Assembly: GCA_037927135.1 (NCBI GenBank)
Contig: JAXSPP010000001.1
Coordinates: 128,001 to 192,000, forward strand
Direction: 5' to 3'
Length of the DNA: 64,000 nucleotides
From: Candidatus Pampinifervens sinense
Lineage (GTDB): Bacteria; Aquificota; Aquificia; Aquificales; Aquificaceae
Under the pieces are notes generated by a model. It was not told the origin of the DNA, searched no databases, and worked only from the letters and a program-made list of their open reading frames with translations. Shown in pieces: positions 1 through 9,273 of the stretch. The position numbers and the translations under genes are program-made. The stretch's first letter is position 1, and each line of letters begins with the position of its first letter.

Positions 1-214
1 TTGCCACATCCAAACCGCTGAGGAAAGATTGGCCGAGGAAATAAAATAAGAACCTCGTAAGAGCAAAAAAGTTTATTGGAGGAAGTTTTATATTTAGGAG
101 TTTATGAGTCAACAGTGCAGAAGATACAGCAATAGCGCCAAAAAATAAGGACTTCCACTCAATGCCCGCAACAAAAATCCACAGCAGGCTGTAGAATGCA
201 GCAAGTGCAATCAT
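1..214 (-). CDS. Na+/H+ antiporter subunit E (MrpE/MnhE-like), partial; runs off the window edge
   Basis: Manual translation of the minus strand from ATG 214: MIALAAFYSLLWIFVAGIEWKSLFFGAIAV...FLFYFLGQSFLSGLDVA. It is hydrophobic with an MrpE-like 'S.lDVA' motif and is absent from the ORF track because it is incomplete. Confidence 0.65.
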   Translation of the reverse strand, partial: MIALAAFYSLLWIFVAGIEWKSLFFGAIAVSSALLTHKLLNIKLPPINFFALTRFLFYFLGQSFLSGLDVA

Positions 215-241
215 GGTTATATTTTATCCTAGGAGGTGGTC

Positions 242-490
242 ATGAAAAAGTTAGTTATTTTTACGGTTTTAATAAACTTATCCTTTGCCAGTGATGGCGA
301 GATGATATTCAAAAACTCCTGCATGAGATGCCACACGGAAAAAGACAAAAAACCACTTAGCTACCTAAAGGAAAAGTATAAGGGCAGGCCGGAGGCCGTT
401 ATGGAGCTTGCTAAAAGGTGTCCATGGGGTAGAGGCCTTTCAAACATGGAGATAGAGATCGTAAGCAAGTGGTTGGCAGGTAAGGAATAA
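242..490 (+). CDS. Small periplasmic monoheme cytochrome c
   Basis: Signal peptide and CxxCH (CMRCH). AGGAGG precedes ATG 242, which is preferred over GTG 236. Confidence 0.85.
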   Translation: MKKLVIFTVLINLSFASDGEMIFKNSCMRCHTEKDKKPLSYLKEKYKGRPEAVMELAKRCPWGRGLSNMEIEIVSKWLAGKE

Positions 491-508
491 AAAGTTATAA
501 TTACTCTC

Positions 509-1714
509 ATGCTTACACCTTATGAGGAGGCCTTTGAACTACTTATCCAGAGGGTGGAAAGGCTTCCCACAGAAAAGATTCTACTGTGGAATGCCTTGGG
601 AAGGGTCCTTGCGGAAGATGTATATGCGGACAGGGACAATCCGGCCTTTGACAACTCTGCAATGGACGGCTATGCCATAAGGTCGGAGGACCTAGAAAAC
701 TTGCCTGCAAGGCTTAAGGTTGTGGGCGAGGTGCCAGCTGGTGGCGAGTGGAAGGGCGTGGTAGAAAGGGGCTGTGCCATAAAGATATTTACCGGCGCAC
801 CCATACCAAATGGTGCGGATGCGGTGGTGCCAGTGGAGTTTGTAAGGGAGGAAGGGGAGTATATAATCGTTGAAAAGCCCTTTAAAAAGGGTGCCAACGT
901 AAGATACAAGGGCGAGGAGATAAAGGCTGGAGACATATTACTAAAAGCTGGAACAAGGATAAGGGGGTATGAAATAGGTCTTTTGGCCTTTGCCAACAAG
1001 GTTTTTGTGGAAGTTTATCAGAGGCCAAGGGTGGCCATACTCTCCACGGGAGATGAGATAAAAGAGCCAGGGGAGACGATAGAAAAGCCTTCACAGATAA
1101 GAAGCACAAACAACCACCTTTTGTATGCCAAGGCCTTGGAGCTTGGCTGTGAGGTCCACCAGCTTGGCATTGTTCCAGACAATCCAGAGCTTATAGCCAA
1201 AGCCCTTGAAAGGGTGGAAGATTATCATGTTTTTATAACCACCGGTGGTGTCTCCGCTGGTGATAAGGACTTTGTGCATAAGCTTGTAAAGGAGATGGGC
1301 TTTGAGGTGGTTTTTCATAAGCTAAGGATAAAGCCTGCCAAGCCCGTGCTTTTTGCAAAAAAGGACAAAACCCTCTTTTTTGGACTTCCGGGAAATCCTG
1401 TATCTTGTGCCATGGCCTTTGACCTTCTTGTTAAACCAGCCTTGTTAAAGATGCAAGGTGTGGAAAACTTCAAACCGCAAGCCTATAAGGCAGAGCTTTT
1501 AAGGGACTTCTCACGAAGGGATGCGGAGCGTAGGGAGTTTGTGAGGGCAAGGTTCATACAGAAGGATGGGAAATTATACTGCGATTATTCACCAAAGACC
1601 CAGTCCCATATGCTGACTTCCTATGTGGATGCCAACTGTTATATGGTGGTTTATGAAGGGGTAAAGGAGATAAGGGCTGGGCAGGAGGTGGATATCCTGC
1701 CATTTGATTGGTAA
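509..1714 (+). CDS. moeA: Molybdopterin molybdotransferase MoeA
   Basis: SAMDGYA, IFTGAPIP, STGDE, TGGVSAG and GLPGNPVS motifs. Confidence 0.97.
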   Translation: MLTPYEEAFELLIQRVERLPTEKILLWNALGRVLAEDVYADRDNPAFDNSAMDGYAIRSEDLENLPARLKVVGEVPAGGEWKGVVERGCAIKIFTGAPIPNGADAVVPVEFVREEGEYIIVEKPFKKGANVRYKGEEIKAGDILLKAGTRIRGYEIGLLAFANKVFVEVYQRPRVAILSTGDEIKEPGETIEKPSQIRSTNNHLLYAKALELGCEVHQLGIVPDNPELIAKALERVEDYHVFITTGGVSAGDKDFVHKLVKEMGFEVVFHKLRIKPAKPVLFAKKDKTLFFGLPGNPVSCAMAFDLLVKPALLKMQGVENFKPQAYKAELLRDFSRRDAERREFVRARFIQKDGKLYCDYSPKTQSHMLTSYVDANCYMVVYEGVKEIRAGQEVDILPFDW

Positions 1715-2725
1715 TCAGAACCTTATAACAGTCCTTTTCCTTTCCATATAGCCCTTCCTTAGCTTGTAGCCTTCCTCTGGATATAGGCCATAGAAGAGGT
1801 TTTGCACGTGGTTTCCTTCAACAAAGAAGCACCACCTTTCCAAAAGGCTACCTATTACAAGGCTTGCAAAGGTTATGGTATAAAAGACATAGTTGTGATT
1901 GCCCGTGATCCAAGAGTATAGCACAAGGAATAGGGGGACCACAAAGGTCAAAATATAAGCCACTGGAAGCACAGACCCAAGAATATCCTTACCCTTTTTG
2001 TAATAAAACTCTGTGGTGCAGTAGTTGTTGGTGGTAGTGCCCGTATCCAGAACCCTTATGGGTCTGTTGTGGGGAAGGTTTAGGGCTTCATTTATGGTGG
2101 GCCTTGAAATGATAAACTGTCTTATGTTAAAAGCTATTCTAAAGGCAAGCCCAAGGGAGACAAAGAGGAAGGTAAGGAAAAGATAGTTGGGTATGAACTC
2201 TGGCTTGTAATGGTATGTTAGGGCCAAAAAGGCGGAAGAGCCAAGCATAAGGTACATGTTAAGGTAGTATAGGACGGTGAGGGGTGTGTGCCACTCAAGG
2301 ACGAACCTGTTGCTTGCATATATCATGGCTGTGGAAAAGGCGGAAAGCCAACCAAGTATGTAGGCTATTATTCCAAAGGTGTGTTGCACAAAAGGTGAAG
2401 CGTTCAAGTAGTAGCTTATACCATAAAGGAGGAGCATGAATCCATAGGCACCACTAAAGACGGCCTCACGGGAAAGCCAAGAGGTATGGAAGCGCTTTAT
2501 GGCCTTCCAAGCCCTAAGCTTGTGTCCAAGGTGGAAGCTTGCACCTATGGCACCAAGTCCTATTAGCACCAAAGAAATTATAAGGGCGGTTAGCACAGCC
2601 TCCCTTGGCATGGCCGTGTTTTTACCAAAGAGGGTCAAAAATTCCATAAAGTAAACAAAGTTAAAAAGGCCTATGGATGTGCCAGCCGTTAAAAAGAACC
2701 ATATGAGGGACAGGGGTGGATGCAT
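1715..2725 (-). CDS. DmsC/SoeC-type membrane anchor subunit of a molybdoenzyme
   Basis: MHPPLSLIWF start, SFHLGHKLRAW..SWLSRE motif, multiple TM helices, ERWCFF..G near the C-terminus. Confidence 0.85.
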   Translation of the reverse strand: MHPPLSLIWFFLTAGTSIGLFNFVYFMEFLTLFGKNTAMPREAVLTALIISLVLIGLGAIGASFHLGHKLRAWKAIKRFHTSWLSREAVFSGAYGFMLLLYGISYYLNASPFVQHTFGIIAYILGWLSAFSTAMIYASNRFVLEWHTPLTVLYYLNMYLMLGSSAFLALTYHYKPEFIPNYLFLTFLFVSLGLAFRIAFNIRQFIISRPTINEALNLPHNRPIRVLDTGTTTNNYCTTEFYYKKGKDILGSVLPVAYILTFVVPLFLVLYSWITGNHNYVFYTITFASLVIGSLLERWCFFVEGNHVQNLFYGLYPEEGYKLRKGYMERKRTVIRF

Positions 2726-2746
2726 CCTTCTACCTCCTTTAGAATA

Positions 2747-3715
2747 TTATAGCTTTACATCCTTTATCCAGTCCCAGTTTTCTATGGTCCACTCCACAGT
2801 CCTTTTTATACCTTCCTCAAGGCTCACCCTTGGTTCCCAGCCAAGAAGGCTTTTAGCCTTGCTTATATCAGCCCAAGTGGCCTTCATATCAGCCTTGTGA
2901 AAGTCCCTCATTTCAAGCTTTGCCTTCTTGCCCGTGTATTTTTCTATAAGGCCTATCATCTCTAAGAGGCTGTGAGGCCTGTTGTTGCCAAGGTTTATGA
3001 TCTCATAGCCCAAGGGCCTTGTGGCCAGGATGGTGCCTTCTGCAATATCATCTATGTAGGTAAAGTCCCTGCTCTGAGATCCATCGCCAAAGACTTCTAA
3101 AGGTTTATCTTCCAATATCCACTTTATGAACCTAAAGACGCTCATGTCTGGCCTTCCCGCTGGGCCATAGACGGTAAAATATCGGACTACAGAAACATCA
3201 ATACCATAAAGGTAATGGTAGGTATAGCAAAGCACTTCTGCAGACTTTTTGGAGGCTGCATAGGGTGATATAGGTGTGTTTACAGGTAGGTCTTCACTAA
3301 AAGGCATATTTTGGCCAGCGTAGATGGAGGAGGTGGAGGCAAGTACAAACTTCTTTACCCCAAAATCCTTACACAATTCAAGAAGGTTAAGGGTGCCAAT
3401 AACGTTGGTCGTAAAGTATACATAAGGGTTCTCCATAGAATATCTCACACCCGCCCTTGCAGCCTCGTTTATAACACAGTCAAAGGAGTGCTTTTTAAAG
3501 ATATCCTTTAGCTCCTCTCTACTCTCTATGTCAACCTTATAAAACACAAAGTTGGGATATTCTTTTAGCCTTTCCAGCCTGTAGGCCTTTACTCTAATAT
3601 CGTAGTAATCGTTAAGGTTGTCTACACCTACTACCTTATGACCCCTTTCTAAAAGCTTTTCGGAAACCTTCCAGCCTATAAAGCCAGCACAACCTGTAAC
3701 AAGAAAGGATTGCAT
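2747..3715 (-). CDS. NAD-dependent nucleotide-sugar epimerase (UDP-glucuronate 4-epimerase-like)
   Basis: TGCAGFIG, GVRYS, YAASKK and VYGPAGRPDM motifs. Confidence 0.92.
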   Translation of the reverse strand: MQSFLVTGCAGFIGWKVSEKLLERGHKVVGVDNLNDYYDIRVKAYRLERLKEYPNFVFYKVDIESREELKDIFKKHSFDCVINEAARAGVRYSMENPYVYFTTNVIGTLNLLELCKDFGVKKFVLASTSSIYAGQNMPFSEDLPVNTPISPYAASKKSAEVLCYTYHYLYGIDVSVVRYFTVYGPAGRPDMSVFRFIKWILEDKPLEVFGDGSQSRDFTYIDDIAEGTILATRPLGYEIINLGNNRPHSLLEMIGLIEKYTGKKAKLEMRDFHKADMKATWADISKAKSLLGWEPRVSLEEGIKRTVEWTIENWDWIKDVKL

Positions 3716-3744
3716 AAATGGAATTTTATCACAGCCTTAGGAGT

Positions 3745-4008
3745 TTAAAAGCCAAAGGTCATTGGAATATCCATATTAACGTCCTTCACTTCCTTTATTT
3801 CAGGAAACTTGCTTTTTAGTGCCCTTTCTATGCCCGCCTTTAGCGTGAGCACAGACATACCACAGCCAGAACAAGCTCCTATCATCCTCACTAGAACGGT
3901 GCCATCCTCCTTTACATCCACAAGCTCTACATCGCCACCGTCAAACCTCAAGGCTGGCCTAATCTCATCAAGCACAGCTTCAATCTCTTCCCTTGTTGGC
4001 ATAGCCAT
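3745..4008 (-). CDS. NifU-C/Nfu-type Fe-S carrier protein
   Basis: IRPAL..DGGDVEL and GACSGC motifs. Confidence 0.92.
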   Translation of the reverse strand: MAMPTREEIEAVLDEIRPALRFDGGDVELVDVKEDGTVLVRMIGACSGCGMSVLTLKAGIERALKSKFPEIKEVKDVNMDIPMTFGF

Positions 4009-4051
4009 TTTTGCTCCTCCTTACAAAGTTTTTTAACTAAACTATTAGTAT

Positions 4052-4579
4052 ATGGAGAGAAAGGATGTAAGCAATGAGGAAAATCAGTATGTGGTTATAG
4101 GAAAGGTAGTTGATACTTACGGTCTTAAAGGAGATTTAAAGGTAGAGCCCTACCTTAAGCCAAAGCATTGGCAGAAGATAAAAAGGGTATTTTTAAAACA
4201 CAGGCAAAAAGGTTATATAGCTTTTGACCTTGTTATGGTAAAACCCCATGGAACAAGGTACCTGCTTTTACACTTTGAAGGCTATGATAGCTTGAGTCAA
4301 GTGGAAAGGTTTAAAGGAGCGAAGATCTTCTTACCAAGAGATGAGATACCACCAAGGGAAGAGGATGAGTATTATTACTTTGAGCTTGAAGGTCTTGAGG
4401 TGTTCACCGAAAGTGGGAAGTCTATGGGAAAGATCACAGGCATTTTAGAACAGAGACCTTACGATCTTTTAGAGATAGACAACGGAAGGCTTTACATACC
4501 CTTCGTGAAGGCCTTGGTAAAAGAGGTAAAATTAGAAGAGGGAAAGGTGGTGGTTGATGAGAGCCTTTCAGACCTTTAG
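4052..4579 (+). CDS. rimM: 16S rRNA processing protein RimM
   Basis: IGKV...GLKG, EYY..ELEGL and IPFV motifs. Confidence 0.93.
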   Translation: MERKDVSNEENQYVVIGKVVDTYGLKGDLKVEPYLKPKHWQKIKRVFLKHRQKGYIAFDLVMVKPHGTRYLLLHFEGYDSLSQVERFKGAKIFLPRDEIPPREEDEYYYFELEGLEVFTESGKSMGKITGILEQRPYDLLEIDNGRLYIPFVKALVKEVKLEEGKVVVDESLSDL

Positions 4580-5967
4580 TGTCTTTTTGCCCATGTTATG
4601 GACCCAAAATGTATCTCCATACTAGCCTGACCTATTGCCTCCGATAAGGAAGGATGGGAATACATGGCCTTGGAAAGAAAATCTACTTTTAGGCCAGCCT
4701 TCATTACGTGTAGAAACTGGTGCAGTAGTTCCCCAGCATGAGGACCGACTATATGACAACCTAAAAGTCTTCCTTCATTGTCGGCCACTATTCTTACAAA
4801 ACCTTCATTTTCTCCATCATCCATAGCCTTTGGATTGGACACAAAAGAGACCACACCAACTTTTACATCGTAGCCTTCTTCCTCAGCTTGGTCTTCCGTA
4901 AGTCCTACACTTGCAACTTCATAAGCAGAGTAGATGATCTTCGGCACTATCCTTTCATCCCTTTTTAGTTCTTCCTCACCAAGCATGTGGCTTATGGCCA
5001 CCTTTGCCTCATACATAGATTTGTGGGCAAGCATCAAGGGAGAGGTTATATCGCCGCAGGCGTAGATGTTTGGAATGCTCGTTTGACAAAATTCGTTTAC
5101 CTTTATAAAGCCTTTAGCATCTCTTTCTACCCCCACCTCCTCAAGGCCTATGCCTTCTGTGTTTGGTTTCCTTCCTACACCAAGAAGGATAATATCAACC
5201 CTTACTTCAGAGCCATCGGAGAGTAAGGCCTCTACACCACCTTCGCAAACTTCCCAGTTTTGCACCGTTGTCTTTAGCCTCACATCTACTCCCAACTTTT
5301 TAAGCTTTCTTGCAAGATATCTAGAGGACTCCTCTGGAATGTCTGCAGAAGGAAGGAGTCTCTCCTTTATCTCTACAAGGATTACCTCAGATCCATACAT
5401 CCTGAATATGTAAGCAAACTCCACACCAACCGCTCCCCCACCCACTATTAGAATCCTTTTAGGAAACCCTTCCAAATTCCATATCTGGTCTGTATCATAA
5501 ACATGTTTACCGTCTGGTATAAGATTTCCTAGGGCTGTAGTAGAAGAGCCAGTGGCCAAAAGTATATACCTACCTTTTAACTCTTCTCCGGAAGGTTCTA
5601 CAACCACCGTGTTTTTATCCTTTAGTACACCTTTGCCGTAAAATATGGGGATCTTCAGGTGTTGAGCAAACTTTTTAAAGTTTTCTCTTATGGTAATAAC
5701 AACCCTATCCCTACCTTCTTTTAGCTTTGACATATCAAGGTCGTAGCCCTTTAGAAATATGCCATATTCCTTTAGCCTTTCAAACTTTTCTAACATATAT
5801 GCTCCATATCTCATATACTTTGACGGTATACATCCTCTATTTAGACAGTTTCCACCCACAGTATCTGGGCTTAGCTCCACAAGGGCTACCTTCATACCCC
5901 TTCTATGGGCATACAATGCTCCTTCGTAGCCCCCACTTCCCGCACCTACTATGATAAGGTCATACAT
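4576..5967 (-). CDS. lpdA: Dihydrolipoamide dehydrogenase
   Basis: GAGSGG FAD site, GGNCLNRGCIPSK redox disulfide, HPSLSE. Confidence 0.93.
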   Translation of the reverse strand: MYDLIIVGAGSGGYEGALYAHRRGMKVALVELSPDTVGGNCLNRGCIPSKYMRYGAYMLEKFERLKEYGIFLKGYDLDMSKLKEGRDRVVITIRENFKKFAQHLKIPIFYGKGVLKDKNTVVVEPSGEELKGRYILLATGSSTTALGNLIPDGKHVYDTDQIWNLEGFPKRILIVGGGAVGVEFAYIFRMYGSEVILVEIKERLLPSADIPEESSRYLARKLKKLGVDVRLKTTVQNWEVCEGGVEALLSDGSEVRVDIILLGVGRKPNTEGIGLEEVGVERDAKGFIKVNEFCQTSIPNIYACGDITSPLMLAHKSMYEAKVAISHMLGEEELKRDERIVPKIIYSAYEVASVGLTEDQAEEEGYDVKVGVVSFVSNPKAMDDGENEGFVRIVADNEGRLLGCHIVGPHAGELLHQFLHVMKAGLKVDFLSKAMYSHPSLSEAIGQASMEIHFGSITWAKRH

Positions 5968-6160
5968 TCTTCTTCCTCCTTTCCTTATAGACCGATTGCC
6001 TACAGCTTTTGATGATCTTTTTATACTTGTAATAAACCGATGGTATGTTTATAGGAAGTTTATAGTATCTCTCGAGCATGATCATAATCTCCTCAGTGGT
6101 CATGTATTTGTGGTTCCTTATTAAACTTTTTATATACTTTACTATACGCGTCTCACGCAT
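5960..6160 (-). CDS. Small basic hypothetical protein
   Basis: 66-aa ORF overlapping the lpdA start on the same strand; Lys/Arg/Tyr rich. Confidence 0.6.
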   Translation of the reverse strand: MRETRIVKYIKSLIRNHKYMTTEEIMIMLERYYKLPINIPSVYYKYKKIIKSCRQSVYKERRKKNV

Positions 6161-6257
6161 AACAGGCTTTAACTATTTTACACTAAAACTACAGATTTTC
6201 AAAGATTTCTGATATTTGTCATTGAAGTTGAAAAAAGACAAGTATAAAGTGTGAAAA

Positions 6258-6803
6258 ATGCAACAGGAGCATTGGGATTTTATAAATATTCTGGTCATAG
6301 TGGCAAGGTTCATTCAAGTATTAGGCTTCTTTTTTGCTATCCTTATGCTTATAAAGGAGTTTCCATTGACCTACACCTTTGCAGTTTTTTCTATAAACCT
6401 TGTAGGCTTTTTCTTAATACTAGCTGGAATTTTGGCAAAGATATTTACTCTTAAGGAAGTCCTTTTAGCGGATGCTATTATTATAGGTGCTAGTATGGCT
6501 CTTTTCATAAAGGCATATAAGGTAAAGAAGGAAAAAGAAAAGTTTCCTGCACCACCAAAGAAGGGAACACGCTGTCCTGTATGTGGAGCATATATACACC
6601 CCCATATGGATTACTGTGTGCTCATGGATAGCAAAACACTCCTTTACTTTGACAGTAAGGACCACCTTTTGGCCTTTTTACAAGAGCCACACAGATACAA
6701 AATTTCAAAGGAGATTAACTATGATGGAGTAAAAAGGATTTGTTTTGATAAAAAGGAAGGTTGGATAGAGTGGGGGCAAAGCCCCCAAGAGCTTACTTTA
6801 TAA
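6258..6803 (+). CDS. Membrane protein with C-terminal TRASH/YHS-like metal-binding domain
   Basis: Three hydrophobic N-terminal helices, then CPVCG...YFDS..HL..F...P..Y. Confidence 0.7.
   Translation: MQQEHWDFINILVIVARFIQVLGFFFAILMLIKEFPLTYTFAVFSINLVGFFLILAGILAKIFTLKEVLLADAIIIGASMALFIKAYKVKKEKEKFPAPPKKGTRCPVCGAYIHPHMDYCVLMDSKTLLYFDSKDHLLAFLQEPHRYKISKEINYDGVKRICFDKKEGWIEWGQSPQELTL
6771..6787 (-). terminator. GC hairpin at the convergent ends of sod and the TRASH-domain gene
   Basis: TGGGGGC-AAA-GCCCCCA, 5 nt past the sod stop; no clear U tract. Confidence 0.4.
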
Positions 6804-7428
6804 AATCCTTTAGAGCTTCGTAGGCTTTCATAGCCTTTTCAAACCTTTCGTTTATCACATCCCAGTTTAGGTTTTGTAAAAAGGCATCTATATAAGGGGG
6901 TCTTTTGTTCTTGTAATCTACATAATAGGCATGCTCGTAAGTATCTAAGACTATTATAGGTATAAGGCCGGTGTAGTTATAAACGTTGTGAGCATCAAGA
7001 CCGTTTACTACAAGCCTTCCAGAGAATATGTCAAGACCCAATATGGCCCATCCCCTAAAAGCCACACCCGCTGCTTTTATCTCTTGAACACAGGCATCCC
7101 AAGAACCAAAATCCTCCTCCACCTTCTTCTTGAAGGCCTCCGATGGCTGTCCCTTTGCTCCAAGGTGTCCAAAATATAGCTCATGGAGCACCACACCCAT
7201 GTAATTGAAGGTCTCTTCTACCTTTAGTTCTCTGTACTCAGAATAATTTTGATTTGCCTTGCTCCTGTCGGAGAAGTTAAGGTCTGCAAGCTTCTCTTGG
7301 ATTTCGTTATACTTAGCCACATAGCCCTTATAATGAGCTTCAAAATGAGGCTCTATTTGCTCGTTAGAGATGCCGTTGAGGTTGGAAGGCTTTAGATGGT
7401 CCTTTGGCTGCAGCTTATGAACTGGCAT
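6793..7428 (-). CDS. sod: Fe/Mn superoxide dismutase
   Basis: H...HY, LHELYF and DTYEHAYY metal ligands. Confidence 0.95.
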   Translation of the reverse strand: MPVHKLQPKDHLKPSNLNGISNEQIEPHFEAHYKGYVAKYNEIQEKLADLNFSDRSKANQNYSEYRELKVEETFNYMGVVLHELYFGHLGAKGQPSEAFKKKVEEDFGSWDACVQEIKAAGVAFRGWAILGLDIFSGRLVVNGLDAHNVYNYTGLIPIIVLDTYEHAYYVDYKNKRPPYIDAFLQNLNWDVINERFEKAMKAYEALKDFIK

Positions 7429-7506
7429 GGTTCCACCTCCTTGCAGTTTTATAGCACATTATAAACCTTCTCAAAATACACAAAATATGAGAAAGCTCAA
7501 TATAGC

Positions 7507-7938
7507 TTAGTGGTGATTGTGCATATGTCCACCCATGCCCTTCTTTACAGGAGCTTGCACCTTTATCTCTCCAGACTTTTCAAACTTGAGGGTCATCTCC
7601 ACCTTATCCCCTTCCTTCAAAGGTCTGTTTAAGTTTATGAGCATAATGTGGTAGCCTCCAGGCTTTAGTTCTACCTTTCCCCCTGCTGGCACTTCAATGG
7701 CCTTCACCCTTCTCATTTTCCCTTCTATGGTTTCATGTATCTCTGTTATCTTAGATGCATTGCTTATGGCATCCAAAAGTCTGTCCGCTTCTTTACCCTT
7801 GTTCTCTATCACCATGTAAGCTGCCGACATTTTAGACGTGGGTGGCACTTCTCTTACCCAAGCATCTTTTACTTCAATCCTTGGTTGTGCAAAGACAAAG
7901 GCTGTCATAAGAAGACTGCCAAGCATAAACCTCTTCAT
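7507..7938 (-). CDS. Copper chaperone PCu(A)C
   Basis: Signal peptide, AAYM, EIHET...MR and LKPGGYHIML motifs, His/Met-rich tail; GGAGGTG precedes ATG 7938. Confidence 0.92.
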   Translation of the reverse strand: MKRFMLGSLLMTAFVFAQPRIEVKDAWVREVPPTSKMSAAYMVIENKGKEADRLLDAISNASKITEIHETIEGKMRRVKAIEVPAGGKVELKPGGYHIMLINLNRPLKEGDKVEMTLKFEKSGEIKVQAPVKKGMGGHMHNHH

Positions 7939-8003
7939 CCCTTTCACCTCCTGGTGAATTTAAAGATAATTTTATGGGATATTTTGTGAATATTCAATTA
8001 AAG

Positions 8004-8077
8004 CCAGCCCGGCGGGATTCGAACCCGCAACCTTGGGATCCGTAGTCCCACGCTCTATCCAGTTGAGCTACGGGCCG
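8004..8077 (-). tRNA. tRNA-Arg(ACG); CCA not encoded
   Basis: Acceptor CGGCCCG/CGGGCTG, D-arm TAGCTCAACTGGATAGAGC, anticodon arm TGGGA-CTACGGA-TCCCA, T-loop GGTTCGAATCC. Confidence 0.97.
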
Positions 8078-8100
8078 TTTGGTATATATTATATGCCATA

Positions 8101-9273
8101 ATGGTAAAGGATACCATAGACCCACTGGCCCTTCAATACGACTTTGCCAAGAGATACTTCAAAGAATTCTTATCACAAAGACATTACCTACTACCTTACC
8201 TGCACCCATCCAAAACACCCCTCTTGCTTGTAGATCTTCATGGTGTTAAAAGTCGGTATTTGGAAATTAAGTACCATTTTCCACAGTTTAAGGTTTATTA
8301 CGCGGTTAAAGCCAACGATCACATAGACATACTCAGAACGCTTGCAGAATTAGGCTGTGGTTTTGAAGTGGCTTCTATTCAAGAACTTGAAAGGGTTTTG
8401 AGCCTGGGTGTAAAGGGGGACAGGATCATATCCAGCAATCCAGTTAAACCACCAGATTTTATAGATTTCTGCTATAGGTCTGGTGTAAACAGGTTTGCCA
8501 TAGATTCCTTTACAGAGGTGGATAAGATAGCGAAGATAGCTCCAAGATCAAGGGTTTACGTTAGGCTTGAGGTTCCCAATGAGGGAAGCGATTGGCCCCT
8601 TTCAAAGAAGTTTGGCGTAGATGTGGATGTGGCTCTTGACTTACTTGAGTACGCACAGGAAAGAGGTCTTATTCCTTACGGTATTACTTTCCATGTTGGA
8701 TCACAGTGCAACAACTTTAGAAACTGGCTTATAGGTATAAAAAGGGCAAGCGAACTTTGGCAGAAGGCAAAGCTTAAAGGCTTAAGGTTGCAGATGCTTA
8801 ATATTGGCGGCGGAATTCCCGTCAAATATACCTACGAAGCTCTAAAGGTGGAAGACATAGCCTACTATGTAAAAGGTCTTATACAGAAGTTTATGCCTAA
8901 TGTGCCTCATGAACTTCAGATGGAGCCAGGTAGAGGTATGGTGGGGGACCAGGGGATAATGGTATGTAGGGTAATAGGGAAGGCAAAAAGAGGGGGAGAG
9001 AACTGGCTTTATATAGACACGGGTGTATTCAACGGCTTGGCAGAAGCTTTGGGTGGTATAAGATATCCCTTTTACATGGAAAGGGAGGGAGAGTTAAAAG
9101 AGTGGACCATAGGCGGTATCTCATGTGATAGTATGGATGTGATAGCACGCATGGTACCACTACCAGAGCCAGAAGTAGGAGACTACATATACATCCTTTC
9201 CGCTGGGGCTTACACAACTGTATATGCAGCAGAGTTTAACGGCTTTCCTAAGCCTGAGGTTCTATGTGTTTAA
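8101..9273 (+). CDS. Fold-type III PLP ornithine/lysine decarboxylase
   Basis: YAVKAN, FHVGSQC, NIGGG, EPGR, CDSMD and AGAYT motifs. Confidence 0.92.
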   Translation: MVKDTIDPLALQYDFAKRYFKEFLSQRHYLLPYLHPSKTPLLLVDLHGVKSRYLEIKYHFPQFKVYYAVKANDHIDILRTLAELGCGFEVASIQELERVLSLGVKGDRIISSNPVKPPDFIDFCYRSGVNRFAIDSFTEVDKIAKIAPRSRVYVRLEVPNEGSDWPLSKKFGVDVDVALDLLEYAQERGLIPYGITFHVGSQCNNFRNWLIGIKRASELWQKAKLKGLRLQMLNIGGGIPVKYTYEALKVEDIAYYVKGLIQKFMPNVPHELQMEPGRGMVGDQGIMVCRVIGKAKRGGENWLYIDTGVFNGLAEALGGIRYPFYMEREGELKEWTIGGISCDSMDVIARMVPLPEPEVGDYIYILSAGAYTTVYAAEFNGFPKPEVLCV

